Shown here: positions 1 to 14,166 of the stretch, one piece after another
How the letters are laid out: each line of letters starts with the position of its first letter
Numbering within the stretch: the stretch's first letter is position 1
Origin: Nageia nagi
Lineage: Eukaryota > Plantae > Pinophyta
Reading direction: 5' to 3'
Length of the DNA: 64,000 nt
Assembly (NCBI GenBank): GCA_050084985.1
Contig: JBITNC010000001.1
Location: forward strand, 164,796,001 to 164,860,000
Notes under the pieces: generated by a model
The model's database searches: none
Told to the model about the DNA's origin: nothing
The model's input: only the letters and a program-made list of their open reading frames with translations
Position numbers and translations under genes: made by a program

Positions 1-1461
1 AAATGTGATGAGACTGTCTATTGTGAGCCTTCTCTACTTTTGATCTTTGATGTTCTGAGCAACTAACGCCATTGTGTCCCTGTATAAGAGGAAAACAAGA
101 GTTAGAAGAGTCCTGGGAAGCTTATGGCACTTTCTAGGTAGGCAAAGAGGGGTTTTTGAAGAATTTAGATTTTTTTGGCATTTTTCACTCTAAGTGTGCC
201 ATCATCAAAGAGTGTCGTAATTTGCAATTTTCAAGGCCTTTTGGGTAAGTTTGAGATGACACAAAGGTAGCTGCCTCAAAGGGGAATGCCTTGGCAAAAA
301 GTTAAGATGAATGGAGAATTTTGAAGTTTTTCTCAAAAAAGTTGACTTTTTCAACAAGTGGTGAAATTTGGCAAAATTGGCAAATGGTGCCAAAATCAAG
401 TTCTGACACCTTCTAGATGGATGGGGAATGAATAGGGAAGGTGTTTCAGACTTTGAAACGGCCAAAATGGACTTCAGAAACAATTTTTGGATTTTTCTAA
501 AAGCAATTTGGATTTTTTTGAAAATTTTCAAGAAATGAAGATTTTGGGCACTCAGATCTTGGATCTTATGAATTTTTGCATGGATAAAGGGTATCCAAAA
601 AAGTGATCAAACTTGAAATTTGAAAAAATAAATTTTCAAGTGTTTGAGGGTTTGAAAAATGGGTTTTTGTGAGAAAAATTCTCAAAACTTGGAAAAATGG
701 AGTTCATGTGGATGGAAGATGCTTGGATTTTGAATTTTAATGCAATATGGGTAAATGGCCAAGATACTAAGTGTTTGAAAAATCCTCCAAGGTTGGAAAA
801 ATGGCGGCTTTTCTCACTTGGCTCTCAAATTCTCAAAAATTTGGGTAGCATAAGGGTGCAAAAATGAGAGGTGAGCAAAATGGAGGGGCTATGGTCATAT
901 TTATAGACTCAAGGGGGTCAAAAGTGCCACATGTCACTTCCATATCAACCCTAGATCAAAAGGCTTGCATTTTAAACTTATCATCCTCATACCCAACGTT
1001 GGAAAAGTGGAGGAAAATGGGGAAATAACCCAAAAACTGTGCCTAAGTGTGGAAGGGGCAGTTTTGGAGCAACATGGGGGGTCTTGGAAGCAAAGATGAT
1101 GGCCTTGGAATGCTCTACAACCTCCATGCTTCAGATTTGGATTTTGAATTTTGAGATTTTTTAAAGGAAAATCCAATTTTTTTTTAATTTTCTCAGCCCT
1201 TAGATCCTTTTTGAATGTGAAAAGGTGGTTTTTGGGAGTTTGTGTGAGCCAAATTGAACAAATGATAGGTCAAAATGGTGTAGAATCACACCATCTACCT
1301 CATAGAAGTGAAAAATTGCAATTTTGGGCACTTTTAGGGACCAAGAAGGCTAGGTGCAGGTTTTAGGATGTTTAGGCAAGTTTTGAAAAATGAAAAAATG
1401 AGGGATAACTTGCAAAACCAGCGCCTACCTTTTAAAGGGGGGCGGGGGGGGGGGGGGGGGG

Positions 1462-4400
1462 GAATTAGTTTTTGATCAAATTTGCAAGAGGCAAAGATGC
1501 TTGCATTTGGATTTTGAACCCTACCTTTCTTTCCAATTATTTTTTTGGGATTTTTGAAATTTCTTGGAAAATTTTGGAGCTCTCCCATTGGCTGATCCAA
1601 ATTTGGGATTTTGAGGGAGTAGATCAACTTTTTTCCAAAAACTTAAAACATGAAAGAGATGCAAAATTGGATTTCCCATATTCCTAGGATCAAAATTTTT
1701 GATTTTTGAGCAAAAATGAGGGCTTGCAAGCTAGGCGCAGGTTTTTGGGCTTTTGGCATTTTTTGGAAATTTACAAAATGGGGGAAACAAGCCAAAACTT
1801 CCACCTAGCTTTTTGAGAGGGTAAACTTGGTTTATTTGCAACATTGCAAGAGGCAATGTTGATCTCCTTTGAATTTTGCACCCTACCTCACTTTCCTTTT
1901 TGATTTGACTAATTTTGGAAAATTTTGAGAAAATTTGGAGCCCTCTCATTGGTCAATCGAAATTTGATAATTTGAAGAGGTAGATTTCATTTTTTTAGGA
2001 AAGTCAAATCATCAAACTTGTGTGGAATCCCATCCTATACCCCTTAAAGGTCAAAATTTTCAATTTTTTCAAATTTGGGACAAAAGAAGGGTAGGCGCAG
2101 GTTTTAGGATGTTTGGGGCATTTTGAAGATTTTGAAAAATGAGGGAAAACACCCAAAACCAGCGCCTAGCTTTAGGAGGGTCAAAATTTACTCAATTTCA
2201 AAAATTCTAAGAGGAAATGTGCCTAATTTTTGATTTGCCACACTACCTCGCTCTTAAATTTTCATTTTGACACTTTTGGGAATTTTGGAAATCTTGGAGC
2301 ATTCTCATTGGCTGCCCTTTTGCTCAATTTCTTGTTTTTCTCACTTTTGGTGGAGCAAAACTTGTCAAAATCGTGAACTTGAAAGACCAATTTGATGTAG
2401 AATCGCGATCACCACGCTCCTAAGCTCAAAAATTGCCATTTCGGATCAATCTAGGCCTCCCAAAAGGTAGGCACAAGTTTTGAGGGGAATAGGCTATTTT
2501 TCGAAATTCAGTGAGGGAAAACTTGCAAAACTCCCCTTTAACTTTTTGGGGGTCAAAAATCGAGTTTTTCGAAATTTCCAAGAGTAGAGTGGCCTTAATT
2601 TGTCATTTGGCACCACACCTCTCTTGGATTTTCATTCCGAGCACTTTGGAAAAAACTTAATTTTTGGGCTCAAACCGTAGATTTTTGTAGGTCAAAACGT
2701 TCATTTCTTGATCTTGGCCCAAACGTGTATTTTTGGCATTTTCGAGCTCTAAGTATGAATTTCAACCATTTCCGGCTTTTCCGGACATTTTTGAGTTTGA
2801 ACGGTGAGAAAACGGTTATTTCCGACATTCCTGGTATTTTGCGCTCAAAGTCTATATTTCCGGCCTTTCCGGACTCAAGATATGCAAAAACGCTCATTTT
2901 TGGCCGTTTCGGGCATTTTCAAGCACTTTGAGCTCAAACTTGCATTTTTGGTCATTTTCAAGCTTTCCGGGTTCAAATCATGCAAAAACGCACATTTCCT
3001 ACATAGTGACCACTTCTAGGCTCAAAATTGACCAAAACGTGCTTTTCTGTGCTATTGACCATTTTTTGGCTCCCCCAACTCAAAATTGACAAAAATGCGC
3101 TTTTTGGCTATAGATGCCTTTCTAGGCTCAATTTGTGCAAAAATGTGCATTTTCGTCATCTTAACTGTATCCACTGCTCCTGGGCTCAAACTTGACGAAA
3201 AACGCACCTTTTGTTGTCTTGGTGCCTTTGTTGCTCAATTTTCCCAAAACGACACCTTTTCTACCCTGATGGTCATTCGCTCAAAACTCCACTGTCTGGT
3301 TGCTGTTGCAATCCAAAACTCCGTCCTTTAAAACACTGCTTGAGATCGAGCCCTGACTTGGCCATTGGTTGAGCTGAACTGTTTCCATGACTCCAGGCAT
3401 GCTCGTGCATTGTTTGATCAATTTGTCATTCTGGGTATCCATATCGGTCGTAAGTTGATCCTACCCAGGCAATGTTGCTTATTGCTGTTTGAAAAATTAG
3501 GTCCCCAAAATGCTGCATCTTGGGGTGTGTTGTGCGGGCAGAATTAGTTTTTGATCAAATTTGCAAGAGGCAAAGATGCTTGCATTTGGATTTTGAACCC
3601 TACCTTTCTTTCCAATTATTTTTTTGGGATTTTTGAAATTTCTTGGAAAATTTTGGAGCTCTCCCATTGGCTGATCCAAATTTGGGATTTTGAGGGAGTA
3701 GATCAACTTTTTTCCAAAAACTTAAAACATGAAAGAGATGCAAAATTGGATTTCCCATATTCCTAGGATCAAAATTTTTGATTTTTGAGCAAAAATGAGG
3801 CTTGCAAGCTAGGCGCAGGTTTTTGGGCTTTTGGCATTTTTTTGGAAATTTACAAAATGGGGGAAACAAGCCAAAACTTCCACCTAGCTTTTTGAGAGGG
3901 TAAACTTGGTTTATTTGCAACATTGCAAGAGGCAATGTTGATCTCCTTTGAATTTTGCACCCTACCTCACTTTCCTTTTTTGATTTGACTAATTTTGGAA
4001 AATTTTGAGAAAATTTGGAGCCCTCTCATTGGTCAATCGAAATTTGATAATTTGAAGAGGTAGATTTCATTTTTTTAGGAAAGTCAAATCATCAAACTTG
4101 TGTGGAATCCCATCCTATACCCCTTAAAGGTCAAAATTTTCAATTTTTTTCAAATTTGGGACAAAAGAAGGGTAGGCACAGGTTTTAGGATGTTTGGGGC
4201 ATTTTGAAGATTTTGAAAAATGAGGGAAAACACCCAAAACCAGCGCCTAGCTTTAGGAGGGTCAAAATTTACTCAATTTCAAAAATTCTAAGAGGAAATG
4301 TGCCTAATTTTTGATTTGCCACACTACCTCGCTCTTAAATTTTCATTTTGACACTTTTGGGAATTTTGGAAATCTTGGAGCATTCTCATTGGCTGCCCTT

Positions 4401-7400
4401 TTGCTCAATTTCTTGTTTTTCTCACTTTTGGTGGAGCAAAACTTGTCAAAATCGTGAACTTGAAAGACCAATTTGATGTAGAATCGCGATCACCACGCTC
4501 CTAAGCTCAAAAATTGCCATTTCGGATCAATCTAGGCCTCCCAAAAGGTAGGCACAAGTTTTGAGGGGAATAGGCTATTTTTCGAAATTCAGTGAGGGAA
4601 AACTTGCAAAACTCCCCTTTAACTTTTTGGGGTCAAAAATCGAGTTTTTCGAAATTTCCAAGAGTAGAGTGGCCTTAATTTGTCATTTGGCACCACACCT
4701 CTCTTGGATTTTCATTCCGAGCACTTTGGAAAAAACTTAATTTTTGGGCTCAAACCGTAGATTTTTGTAGGTCAAAACGTTCATTTCTTGATCTTGGCCC
4801 AAACGGTGTATTTTTGGCATTTTCGAGCTCTAAGTATGAATTTCAACCATTTCCGGCTTTTCCGGACATTTTTGAGTTTGAACGGTGAGAAAACGGTTAT
4901 TTCCGACATTCCTGGTATTTTGCGCTCAAAGTCTATATTTCCGGCCTTTCCGGACTCAAGATATGCAAAAACGCTCATTTTTGGCCGTTTCGGGCATTTT
5001 CAAGCACTTTGAGCTCAAACTTGCATTTTTGGTCATTTTCAAGCTTTTCGGGTTCAAATCATGCAAAAACGCACATTTCCTACATAGTGACCACTTCTAG
5101 GCTCAAAATTGACCAAAACGTGCTTTTCTGTGCTATTGACCATTTTTTGGCTCCCCCAACTCAAAATTGACAAAAATGCGCTTTTTGGCTATAGATGCCT
5201 TTCTAGGCTCAATTTGTGCAAAAATGTGCATTTTCGTCATCTTAACTGTATCCACTGCTCCTGGGCTCAAACTTGACGAAAAACGCACCTTTTGTTGTCT
5301 TGGTGCCTTTGTTGCTCAATTTTCCCAAAACGACACCTTTTCTACCCTGATGGTCATTCGCTCAAAACTCCACTGTCTGGTTGCTGTTGCAATCCAAAAC
5401 TCCGTCCTTTAAAACACTGCTTGAGATCGAGCCCTGACTTGGCCATTGGTTGAGCTGAACTGTTTCCATGACTCCAGGGCATGCTCGTGCATTGTTTGAT
5501 CAATTTGTCATTCTGGGTATCCATATCGGTCGTAAGTTGATCCTACCCAGGCAATGTTGCTTATTGCTGTTTGAAAAATTAGGTCCCCAAAATGCTGCAT
5601 CTTGGGTGTGTTGTGCGGGCAGAATTAGTTTTTGATCAAATTTGCAAGAGGCAAAGATGCTTGCATTTGGATTTTGAACCCTACCTTTCTTTCCAATTAT
5701 TTTTTTGGGATTTTTGAAATTTCTTGGAAAATTTTGGAGCTCTCCCATTGGCTGATCCAAATTTGGGATTTTGAGGGAGTAGATCAACTTTTTTCCAAAA
5801 ACTTAAAACATGAAAGAGATGCAAAATTGGATTTCCCATATTCCTAGGATCAAAATTTTTGATTTTTGAGCAAAAATGAGGGCTTGCAAGCTAGGCGCAG
5901 GTTTTTGGGCTTTTGGCATTTTTTTGGAAATTTACAAAATGGGGGAAACAAGCCAAAACTTCCACCTAGCTTTTTGAGAGGGTAAACTTGGTTTATTTGC
6001 AACATTGCAAGAGGCAATGTTGATCTCCTTTGAATTTTGCACCCTACCTCACTTTCCTTTTTTGATTTGACTAATTTTGGAAAATTTTGAGAAAATTTGG
6101 AGCCCTCTCATTGGTCAATCGAAATTTGATAATTTGAAGAGGTAGATTTCATTTTTTTAGGAAAGTCAAATCATCAAACTTGTGTGGAATCCCATCCTAT
6201 ACCCCTTAAAGGTCAAAATTTTCAATTTTTTCAAATTTGGGACAAAAGAAGGGTAGGCGCAGGTTTTAGGATGTTTGGGGCATTTTGAAGATTTTGAAAA
6301 ATGAGGGAAAACACCCAAAACCAGCGCCTAGCTTTAGGAGGGTCAAAATTTACTCAATTTCAAAAATTCTAAGAGGAAATGTGCCTAATTTTTGATTTGC
6401 CACACTACCTCGCTCTTAAATTTTCATTTTGACACTTTTGGGAATTTTGGAAATCTTGGAGCATTCTCATTGGCTGCCCTTTTGCTCAATTTCTTGTTTT
6501 TCTCACTTTTGGTGGAGCAAAACTTGTCAAAATCGTGAACTTGAAAGACCAATTTGATGTAGAATCGCGATCACCACGCTCCTAAGCTCAAAAATTGCCA
6601 TTTCGGATCAATCTAGGCCTCCCAAAAGGTAGGCACAAGTTTTGAGGGGAATAGGCTATTTTTCGAAATTCAGTGAGGGAAAACTTGCAAAACTCCCCTT
6701 TAACTTTTGGGGGTCAAAAATCGAGTTTTTCGAAATTTCCAAGAGTAGAGTTTGGCCCCTTTAAATTTTTCATTTGGCACCAAAACCTCTCTTGGATTTT
6801 TTATTCCAGACTTTGGAAAAAAATTAAATTTTTTGGGGTCAAACCGTAGATTTTTGTAGGTCAAAACTTCATTTCCCTTTATTTTTGGAAATTTTATTTT
6901 TAAAAAAAGATTAGTTTAAAAAATTTTTTTAAACCCTTTTTCCAAAAAGGTTTTTGGAAATTGAGAGTGACCTAATTGTTTCAAAAACTAAAATTCAACA
7001 AAATTGTCATATTTTGATAAATTTGTTCATTGGGTCAATTTGCGAGTTTTGTAGAATTTTTCAAAATTGAAATATAGTGCCAAAATTTGCTATGTTTTGT
7101 GAAATGGTAATTTGTTTAAATGGATTTAACTGGCACTTTTTTTTTTGATTTATATTGAAATTAAAATTTGGACCTCTTGCATCAAATTTGATTTAGGTAA
7201 TCATTTTGAAATAGGCAATTTTCATTTTTGCTCCTTAAATTAAAGGATTCAATTATTCCAAATTTGGGAAAAGTGATTTGATTGGCATGAATTTGAAAAT
7301 GGACCAACCCTCTTTGGGTCAAATTTCAATTTTGAAAATTTAGAAATTTGCAATAATTTCACTTTAATTTGAAATGGAATTGATTTGATTTGATTTTAAG

Positions 7401-10400
7401 CATTCAATTGTTTACCACTTTTCCTTTAGCAAATTTCAATTTTTCAAATTTGAAAGAAAGTATATTTTGGAATCAATTAAAATTTTGAAATTGGAAACCA
7501 TGGCATTTAGTAATTTTCAATTTCAAAAATTCCAGTTGGTAAATTTATTTATCAACTTAGAAATTTTAAATGCATTTGTTGGGAATATTGACCTTTATTA
7601 TTGGATTGAAAAATGATTTTAGGGCAAGCTAAATTTTTAAAATGTAATTGAACAACCTTCTACATTTTACATCGAATTTTCAAATTTTGTTCCTTATCAA
7701 AGTGGCAACTTTTGGAACACTTTTTTCGAATCAAGAAAACTAAACTCCTTAACTTTTGAAATCAATTGGTTTGCAAATTTGCCAAATTAGATTGCTTTTT
7801 TAATTCATGACTTTCATCCACAACTTTGAAAAACAATTTTTGGGTCAAATAAAATTGCTTAATTTTTCTGCCCATCGGATTTTAATGGCACTTTTGAAAA
7901 TTTTTCTTCATTTAAATTTGGATACTCTTTTTTATTTTCAATTAAAAACCCCTTTTTCATTTTATTTTCAAATCTTTTACCCTGGTTTGCTAGAAAAAAC
8001 ATTTTTTCCTTAATCGCAAAATCATATTTGGCCTACTCCATTTTGGTAATTTTCAATTCCGTTGGCAATTCAAAACATGTCATCTATTGCATTTTCATTG
8101 TTCAAAACGTTTTTTCTACATTTTGCTCCATAAAATTGCAAAACTATTTGGTTTGCCTTTAGCCAAATTGAAATTAATTCTGAACTAATGCCTTTGGTAA
8201 ATTAAAATAGCATTTGTGCGTGCTTTGAAATTTCCGACGACTCATCCATTTGTTTCGGAAAATCACTGTTTTTCAATCCAAAATCTCTTTGAAAATGTGA
8301 ACCCCTTCTTGCATTTTAGAAATTCCTACTCCATGATGCATCTTTATTATATTGGTATCTGGATTTCTAGTTATTTCATGTCATTTATTACGATTAATTT
8401 CCAAAACTTACTGGAATGTTGTCGGAAATTTTAATAAGGCAGTTTATTTGTGAATATTTAATTTTAGATTTGATTTTAAAATTTTGATTCTTTGGTTGAT
8501 TAAATTTGAAGACACTTACCAATATAACAATTATTTCATAAGATGCAAAATTGGTTTCCAATAATGGATAAATTTTTGGATTTTTGGCAAATAGCATTTT
8601 GCAATTAGCGAGGGTTTTAGGCTTTTGCACATTTTTTGAAATTTAAAATGGGGAACAAGCCAAATCATGCTTTTGAAGTAAACGTTTACTGCAACTTTTG
8701 CATTGAAATTTGTTTAATTTTGGCACCCTTGCAACTTTCCTTTTTGATTATAATTTGAAATATTTTAGAACAATTTGCCCTTATTGGCATCGAATTTATA
8801 ATTTAAGGTAAATTTTTTTTTTAAATTTGACAAAAAGTGTATTTTGATTTCCCCTTTATGAAATTTTAATATTTTTTCAAATTGGACAACGAGTTTGAGG
8901 GAAATTTTGAATTTTGAATTTTAAGATTGAAAAATTTGATGCACAACCCCCAAAACTCCTTACTTTTGGAAATTTGAATCATTTCAATCATTAGGCTTTT
9001 GAAATTCTATTTTTATTTCCACTCTCGCTAAATTCAATTATTGACACTTTTAGGAATTGGAATTTGGAGCATTCCATTGCGCCCTTAGCCAATTTTTGTT
9101 TCCATTTTGGTGCAAACCTTCAAAATGTGCACTAGTTGAAAAGCATTTTTGAAATTAGTCGGAAACTGCAAACTCAAAATTGCCTTTTCGGTCAAATAGC
9201 AAGGTAAAGTTTTGAGGAATAGGCTATTTTTGCAAATCTCTAGGATCATCCACTTGGAAAACTCCCTTTAATTTGGGCTTTAAACGAGTTTTTTGCCGAA
9301 TTTCAGGCAAGTGTTTATTTGGTCATTTGGCTCCACACTCTTGGAATTTCAATCCATCCTTTGGAAAACTATTTTTGGCAATGAGTTTGAGTTGAAAGGT
9401 TATTCTTCTGTATTTCCTCAAACTTATTTTTGGCATTTTCGGCTAGTAATTTTTTCCCTTTCGGCATTTTCCGGACTTTTGGTAAACGTAGAAATTTATT
9501 GTAACTTTCGGTAATTTGCAAACCAATTTCTGCCTTTCCGGACTCAAAATTGACAAAACTCTTTTTTGGCGTTACGTTTTTTCACAACTTGAAGCACAAA
9601 CGCTTTTGCTAATTGCCTTTTACTTCAGTTCAAGATTCATCACAAATAATTTCCACTCTGGCCACTTACTAAAAATGCCAATCTTTTTTGCTATTGACCT
9701 TTTTTGCATTCCCCAAACCAAACTTTACCAATGGCTTTGCTTAAGATCCTTCTGGTCATTTGTGCAAAAAAGGCATTTCCGTCTTTAAACTGTACACGAC
9801 CCTGCTAACTTGACGAAACCTTTTCATTGTGCTTGTGCATTGTTGTCAATTTTCCAAAGACATTTTCGTATGGCTACTCGCCAAATCTTCTGCTGTTGCT
9901 GTAAATCCAAAACTCGATCTTTAATACGCTATAGTCTGACATTTGCATGTGACTGAATGTTTGATACCGACCTTCTTCATATTTTTTTGACTTTTTGCGG
10001 GCAGAATTAGTTTTTGATCAAATTTGCAAGAGGCAAAGATGCTTGCATTTGGATTTTGAACCCTACCTTTCTTTCCAATTATTTTTTTGGGATTTTTGAA
10101 ATTTCTTGGAAAATTTTGGAGCTCTCCCATTGGCTGATCCAAATTTGGGATTTTGAGGGAGTAGATCAACTTTTTTCCAAAAACTTAAAACATGAAAGAG
10201 ATGCAAAATTGGATTTCCATATTCCTAGGATCAAAATTTTTGATTTTTGAGCAAAAATGAGGGCTTGCAAGCTAGGCGCAGGTTTTTGGGCTTTTGGCAT
10301 TTTTTTGGAAATTTACAAAATGGGGGAAACAAGCCAAAACTTCCACCTAGCTTTTTGAGAGGGTAAACTTGGTTTATTTGCAACATTGCAAGAGGCAATG

Positions 10401-13400
10401 TTGATCTCCTTTGAATTTTGCACCCTACCTCACTTTCCTTTTTTGATTTGACTAATTTTGGAAAATTTTGAGAAAATTTGGAGCCCTCTCATTGGTCAAT
10501 CGAAATTTGATAATTTGAAGAGGTAGATTTCATTTTTTTAGGAAAGTCAAATCATCAAACTTGTGTGGAATCCCATCCTATACCCCTTAAAGGTCAAAAT
10601 TTTCAATTTTTTTCAAATTTGGGACAAAAGAAGGGTAGGCGCAGGTTTTAGGATGTTTGGGGCATTTTGAAGATTTTGAAAAATGAGGGAAAACACCCAA
10701 AACCAGCGCCTAGCTTTAGGAGGGTCAAAATTTACTCAATTTCAAAAATTCTAAGAGGAAATGTGCCTAATTTTTGATTTGCCACACTACCTCGCTCTTA
10801 AATTTTCATTTTGACACTTTTGGGAATTTTGGAAATCTTGGAGCATTCTCATTGGCTGCCCTTTTGCTCAATTTCTTGTTTTTCTCACTTTTGGTGGAGC
10901 AAAACTTGTCAAAATCGTGAACTTGAAAGACCAATTTGATGTAGAATCGCGATCACCACGCTCCTAAGCTCAAAAATTGCCATTTCGGATCAATCTAGGC
11001 CTCCCAAAAGGTAGGCACAAGTTTTGAGGGGAATAGGCTATTTTTCGAAATTCAGTGAGGGAAAACTTGCAAAACTCCCCTTTAACTTTTTGGGGGTCAA
11101 AAATCGAGTTTTTCGAAATTTCCAAGAGTAGAGTGGCCTTAATTTGTCATTTGGCACCACACCTCTCTTGGATTTTCATTCCGAGCACTTTGGAAAAAAC
11201 TTAATTTTTGGGCTCAAACCGTAGATTTTTGTAGGTCAAAACGTTCATTTCTTGATCTTGGCCCAAACGGTGTATTTTTGGCATTTTCGAGCTCTAAGTA
11301 TGAATTTCAACCATTTCCGGCTTTTCCGGACATTTTTGAGTTTGAACGGTGAGAAAACGGTTATTTCCGACATTCCTGGTATTTTGCGCTCAAAGTCTAT
11401 ATTTCCGGCCTTTCCGGACTCAAGATATGCAAAAACGCTCATTTTTGGCCGTTTCGGGCATTTTCAAGCACTTTGAGCTCAAACTTGCATTTTTGGTCAT
11501 TTTCAAGCTTTCCGGGTTCAAATCATGCAAAAACGCACATTTCCTACATAGTGACCACTTCTAGGCTCAAAATTGACCAAAACGTGCTTTTCTGTGCTAT
11601 TGACCATTTTTTGGCTCCCCCAACTCAAAATTGACAAAAATGCGCTTTTTGGCTATAGATGCCTTTCTAGGCTCAATTTGTGCAAAAATGTGCATTTTCG
11701 TCATCTTAACTGTATCCATGCTCCTGGGCTCAAACTTGACGAAAAACGCACCTTTTGTTGTCTTGGTGCCTTTGTTGCTCAATTTTCCCAAAACGACACC
11801 TTTTCTACCCTGATGGTCATTCGCTCAAAACTCCACTGTCTGGTTGCTGTTGCAATCCAAAACTCCGTCCTTTAAAACACTGCTTGAGATCGAGCCCTGA
11901 CTTGGCCATTGGTTGAGCTGAACTGTTTCCATGACTCCAGGGCATGCTCGTGCATTGTTTGATCAATTTGTCATTCTGGGTATCCATATCGGTCGTAAGT
12001 TGATCCTACCCAGGCAATGTTGCTTATTGCTGTTTGAAAAATTAGGTCCCCAAAATGCTGCATCTTGGGGTGTGTTGTGCGGGCAGAATTAGTTTTTGAT
12101 CAAATTTGCAAGAGGCAAAGATGCTTGCATTTGGATTTTGAACCCTACCTTTCTTTCCAATTATTTTTTTGGGATTTTTGAAATTTCTTGGAAAATTTTG
12201 GAGCTCTCCCATTGGCTGATCCAAATTTGGGATTTTGAGGGAGTAGATCAACTTTTTTCCAAAAACTTAAAACATGAAAGAGATGCAAAATTGGATTTCC
12301 CATATTCCTAGGATCAAAATTTTTGATTTTTGAGCAAAAATGAGGGCTTGCAAGCTAGGCGCAGGTTTTTGGGCTTTTGGCATTTTTTTGGAAATTTACA
12401 AAATGGGGGAAAACAAGCCAAAACTTCCACCTAGCTTTTTGAGAGGGTAAACTTGGTTTATTTGCAACATTGCAAGAGGCAATGTTGATCTCCTTTGAAT
12501 TTTGCACCCTACCTCACTTTCCTTTTTTGATTTGACTAATTTTGGAAAATTTTGAGAAAATTTGGAGCCCTCTCATTGGTCAATCGAAATTTGATAATTT
12601 GAAGAGTAGATTTCATTTTTTAGGAAAGTCAAATCATCAAACTTGTGTGGAATCCCATCCTATACCCTTAAAGGTCAAATTTTCAATTTTTTTCAAATTT
12701 GGGACAAAAGAAGGGTAGGCGCAGGTTTTAGGATGTTTGGGGCATTTTGAAGATTTTGAAAAATGAGGGAAAACACCCAAAACCAGCGCCTAGCTTTAGG
12801 AGGGTCAAAATTTACTCAATTTCAAAAATTCTAAGAGGAAATGTGCCTAATTTTTGATTTGCCACACTACCTCGCTCTTAAATTTTCATTTTGACACTTT
12901 TGGGAATTTTGGAAATCTTGGAGCATTCTCATTGGCTGCCCTTTTGCTCAATTTCTTGTTTTTCTCACTTTTGGTGGAGCAAAACTTGTCAAAATCGTGA
13001 ACTTGAAAGACCAATTTGATGTAGAATCGCGATCACCACGCTCCTAAGCTCAAAAATTGCCATTTCGGATCAATCTAGGCCTCCCAAAAGGTAGGCACAA
13101 GTTTTGAGGGGAATAGGCTATTTTTCGAAATTCAGTGAGGGAAAACTTGCAAAACTCCCCTTTAACTTTTTGGGGGTCAAAAATCGAGTTTTTCGAAATT
13201 TCCAAGAGTAGAGTGGCCTTAATTTGTCATTTGGCACCACACCTCTCTTGGATTTTCATTCCGAGCACTTTGGAAAAAACTTAATTTTTGGGCTCAAACC
13301 GTAGATTTTTGTAGGTCAAAACGTTCATTTCTTGATCTTGGCCCAAACGGTGTATTTTTGGCATTTTCGAGCTCTAAGTATGAATTTCAACCATTTCCGG

Positions 13401-14166
13401 CTTTTCCGGACATTTTTGAGTTTGAACGGTGAGAAAACGGTTATTTCCGACATTCCTGGTATTTTGCGCTCAAAGTCTATATTTCCGGCCTTTCCGGACT
13501 CAAGATATGCAAAAACGCTCATTTTTGGCCGTTTCGGGCATTTTCAAGCACTTTGAGCTCAAACTTGCATTTTTGGTCATTTTCAAGCTTTCCGGGTTCA
13601 AATCATGCAAAAACGCACATTTCCTACATAGTGACCACTTCTAGGCTCAAAATTGACCAAAACGTGCTTTTCTGTGCTATTGACCATTTTTTGGCTCCCC
13701 CAACTCAAAATTGACAAAAATGCGCTTTTTGGCTATAGATGCCTTTCTAGGCTCAATTTGTGCAAAAATGTGCATTTTCGTCATCTTAACTGTATCCACT
13801 GCTCCTGGGCTCAAACTTGACGAAAAACGCACCTTTTGTTGTCTTGGTGCCTTTGTTGCTCAATTTTCCCAAAACGACACCTTTTCTACCCTGATGGTCA
13901 TTCGCTCAAAACTCCACTGTCTGGTTGCTGTTGCAATCCAAAACTCCGTCCTTTAAAACACTGCTTGAGATCGAGCCCTGACTTGGCCATTGGTTGAGCT
14001 GAACTGTTTCCATGACTCCAGGGCATGCTCGTGCATTGTTTGATCAATTTGTCATTCTGGGTATCCATATCGGTCGTAAGTTGATCCTACCCAGGCAATG
14101 TTGCTTATTGCTGTTTGAAAAATTAGGTCCCCAAAATGCTGCATCTTGGGGTGTGTTGTGCGGGCA
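1462..14166. repeat. Tandem array of a ~2.08 kb LTR-derived unit, about 6 copies
   Basis: The unit start GAATTAGTTTTTGATCAAATTTGCAAGAGG recurs at 1462, 3541, 5622, 10004 and 12086. Clean copies differ mainly by homopolymer indels. The same spurious ORFs recur in the ORF track. Confidence 0.95.
6750..10000. other. Corrupted low-quality stretch within the array (probable long-read consensus artefact)
   Basis: Copy 3 degenerates abruptly at ~6750. 8610-10000 is a deletion-riddled version of the unit, and near-perfect identity resumes abruptly at ~9997. Confidence 0.7.
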
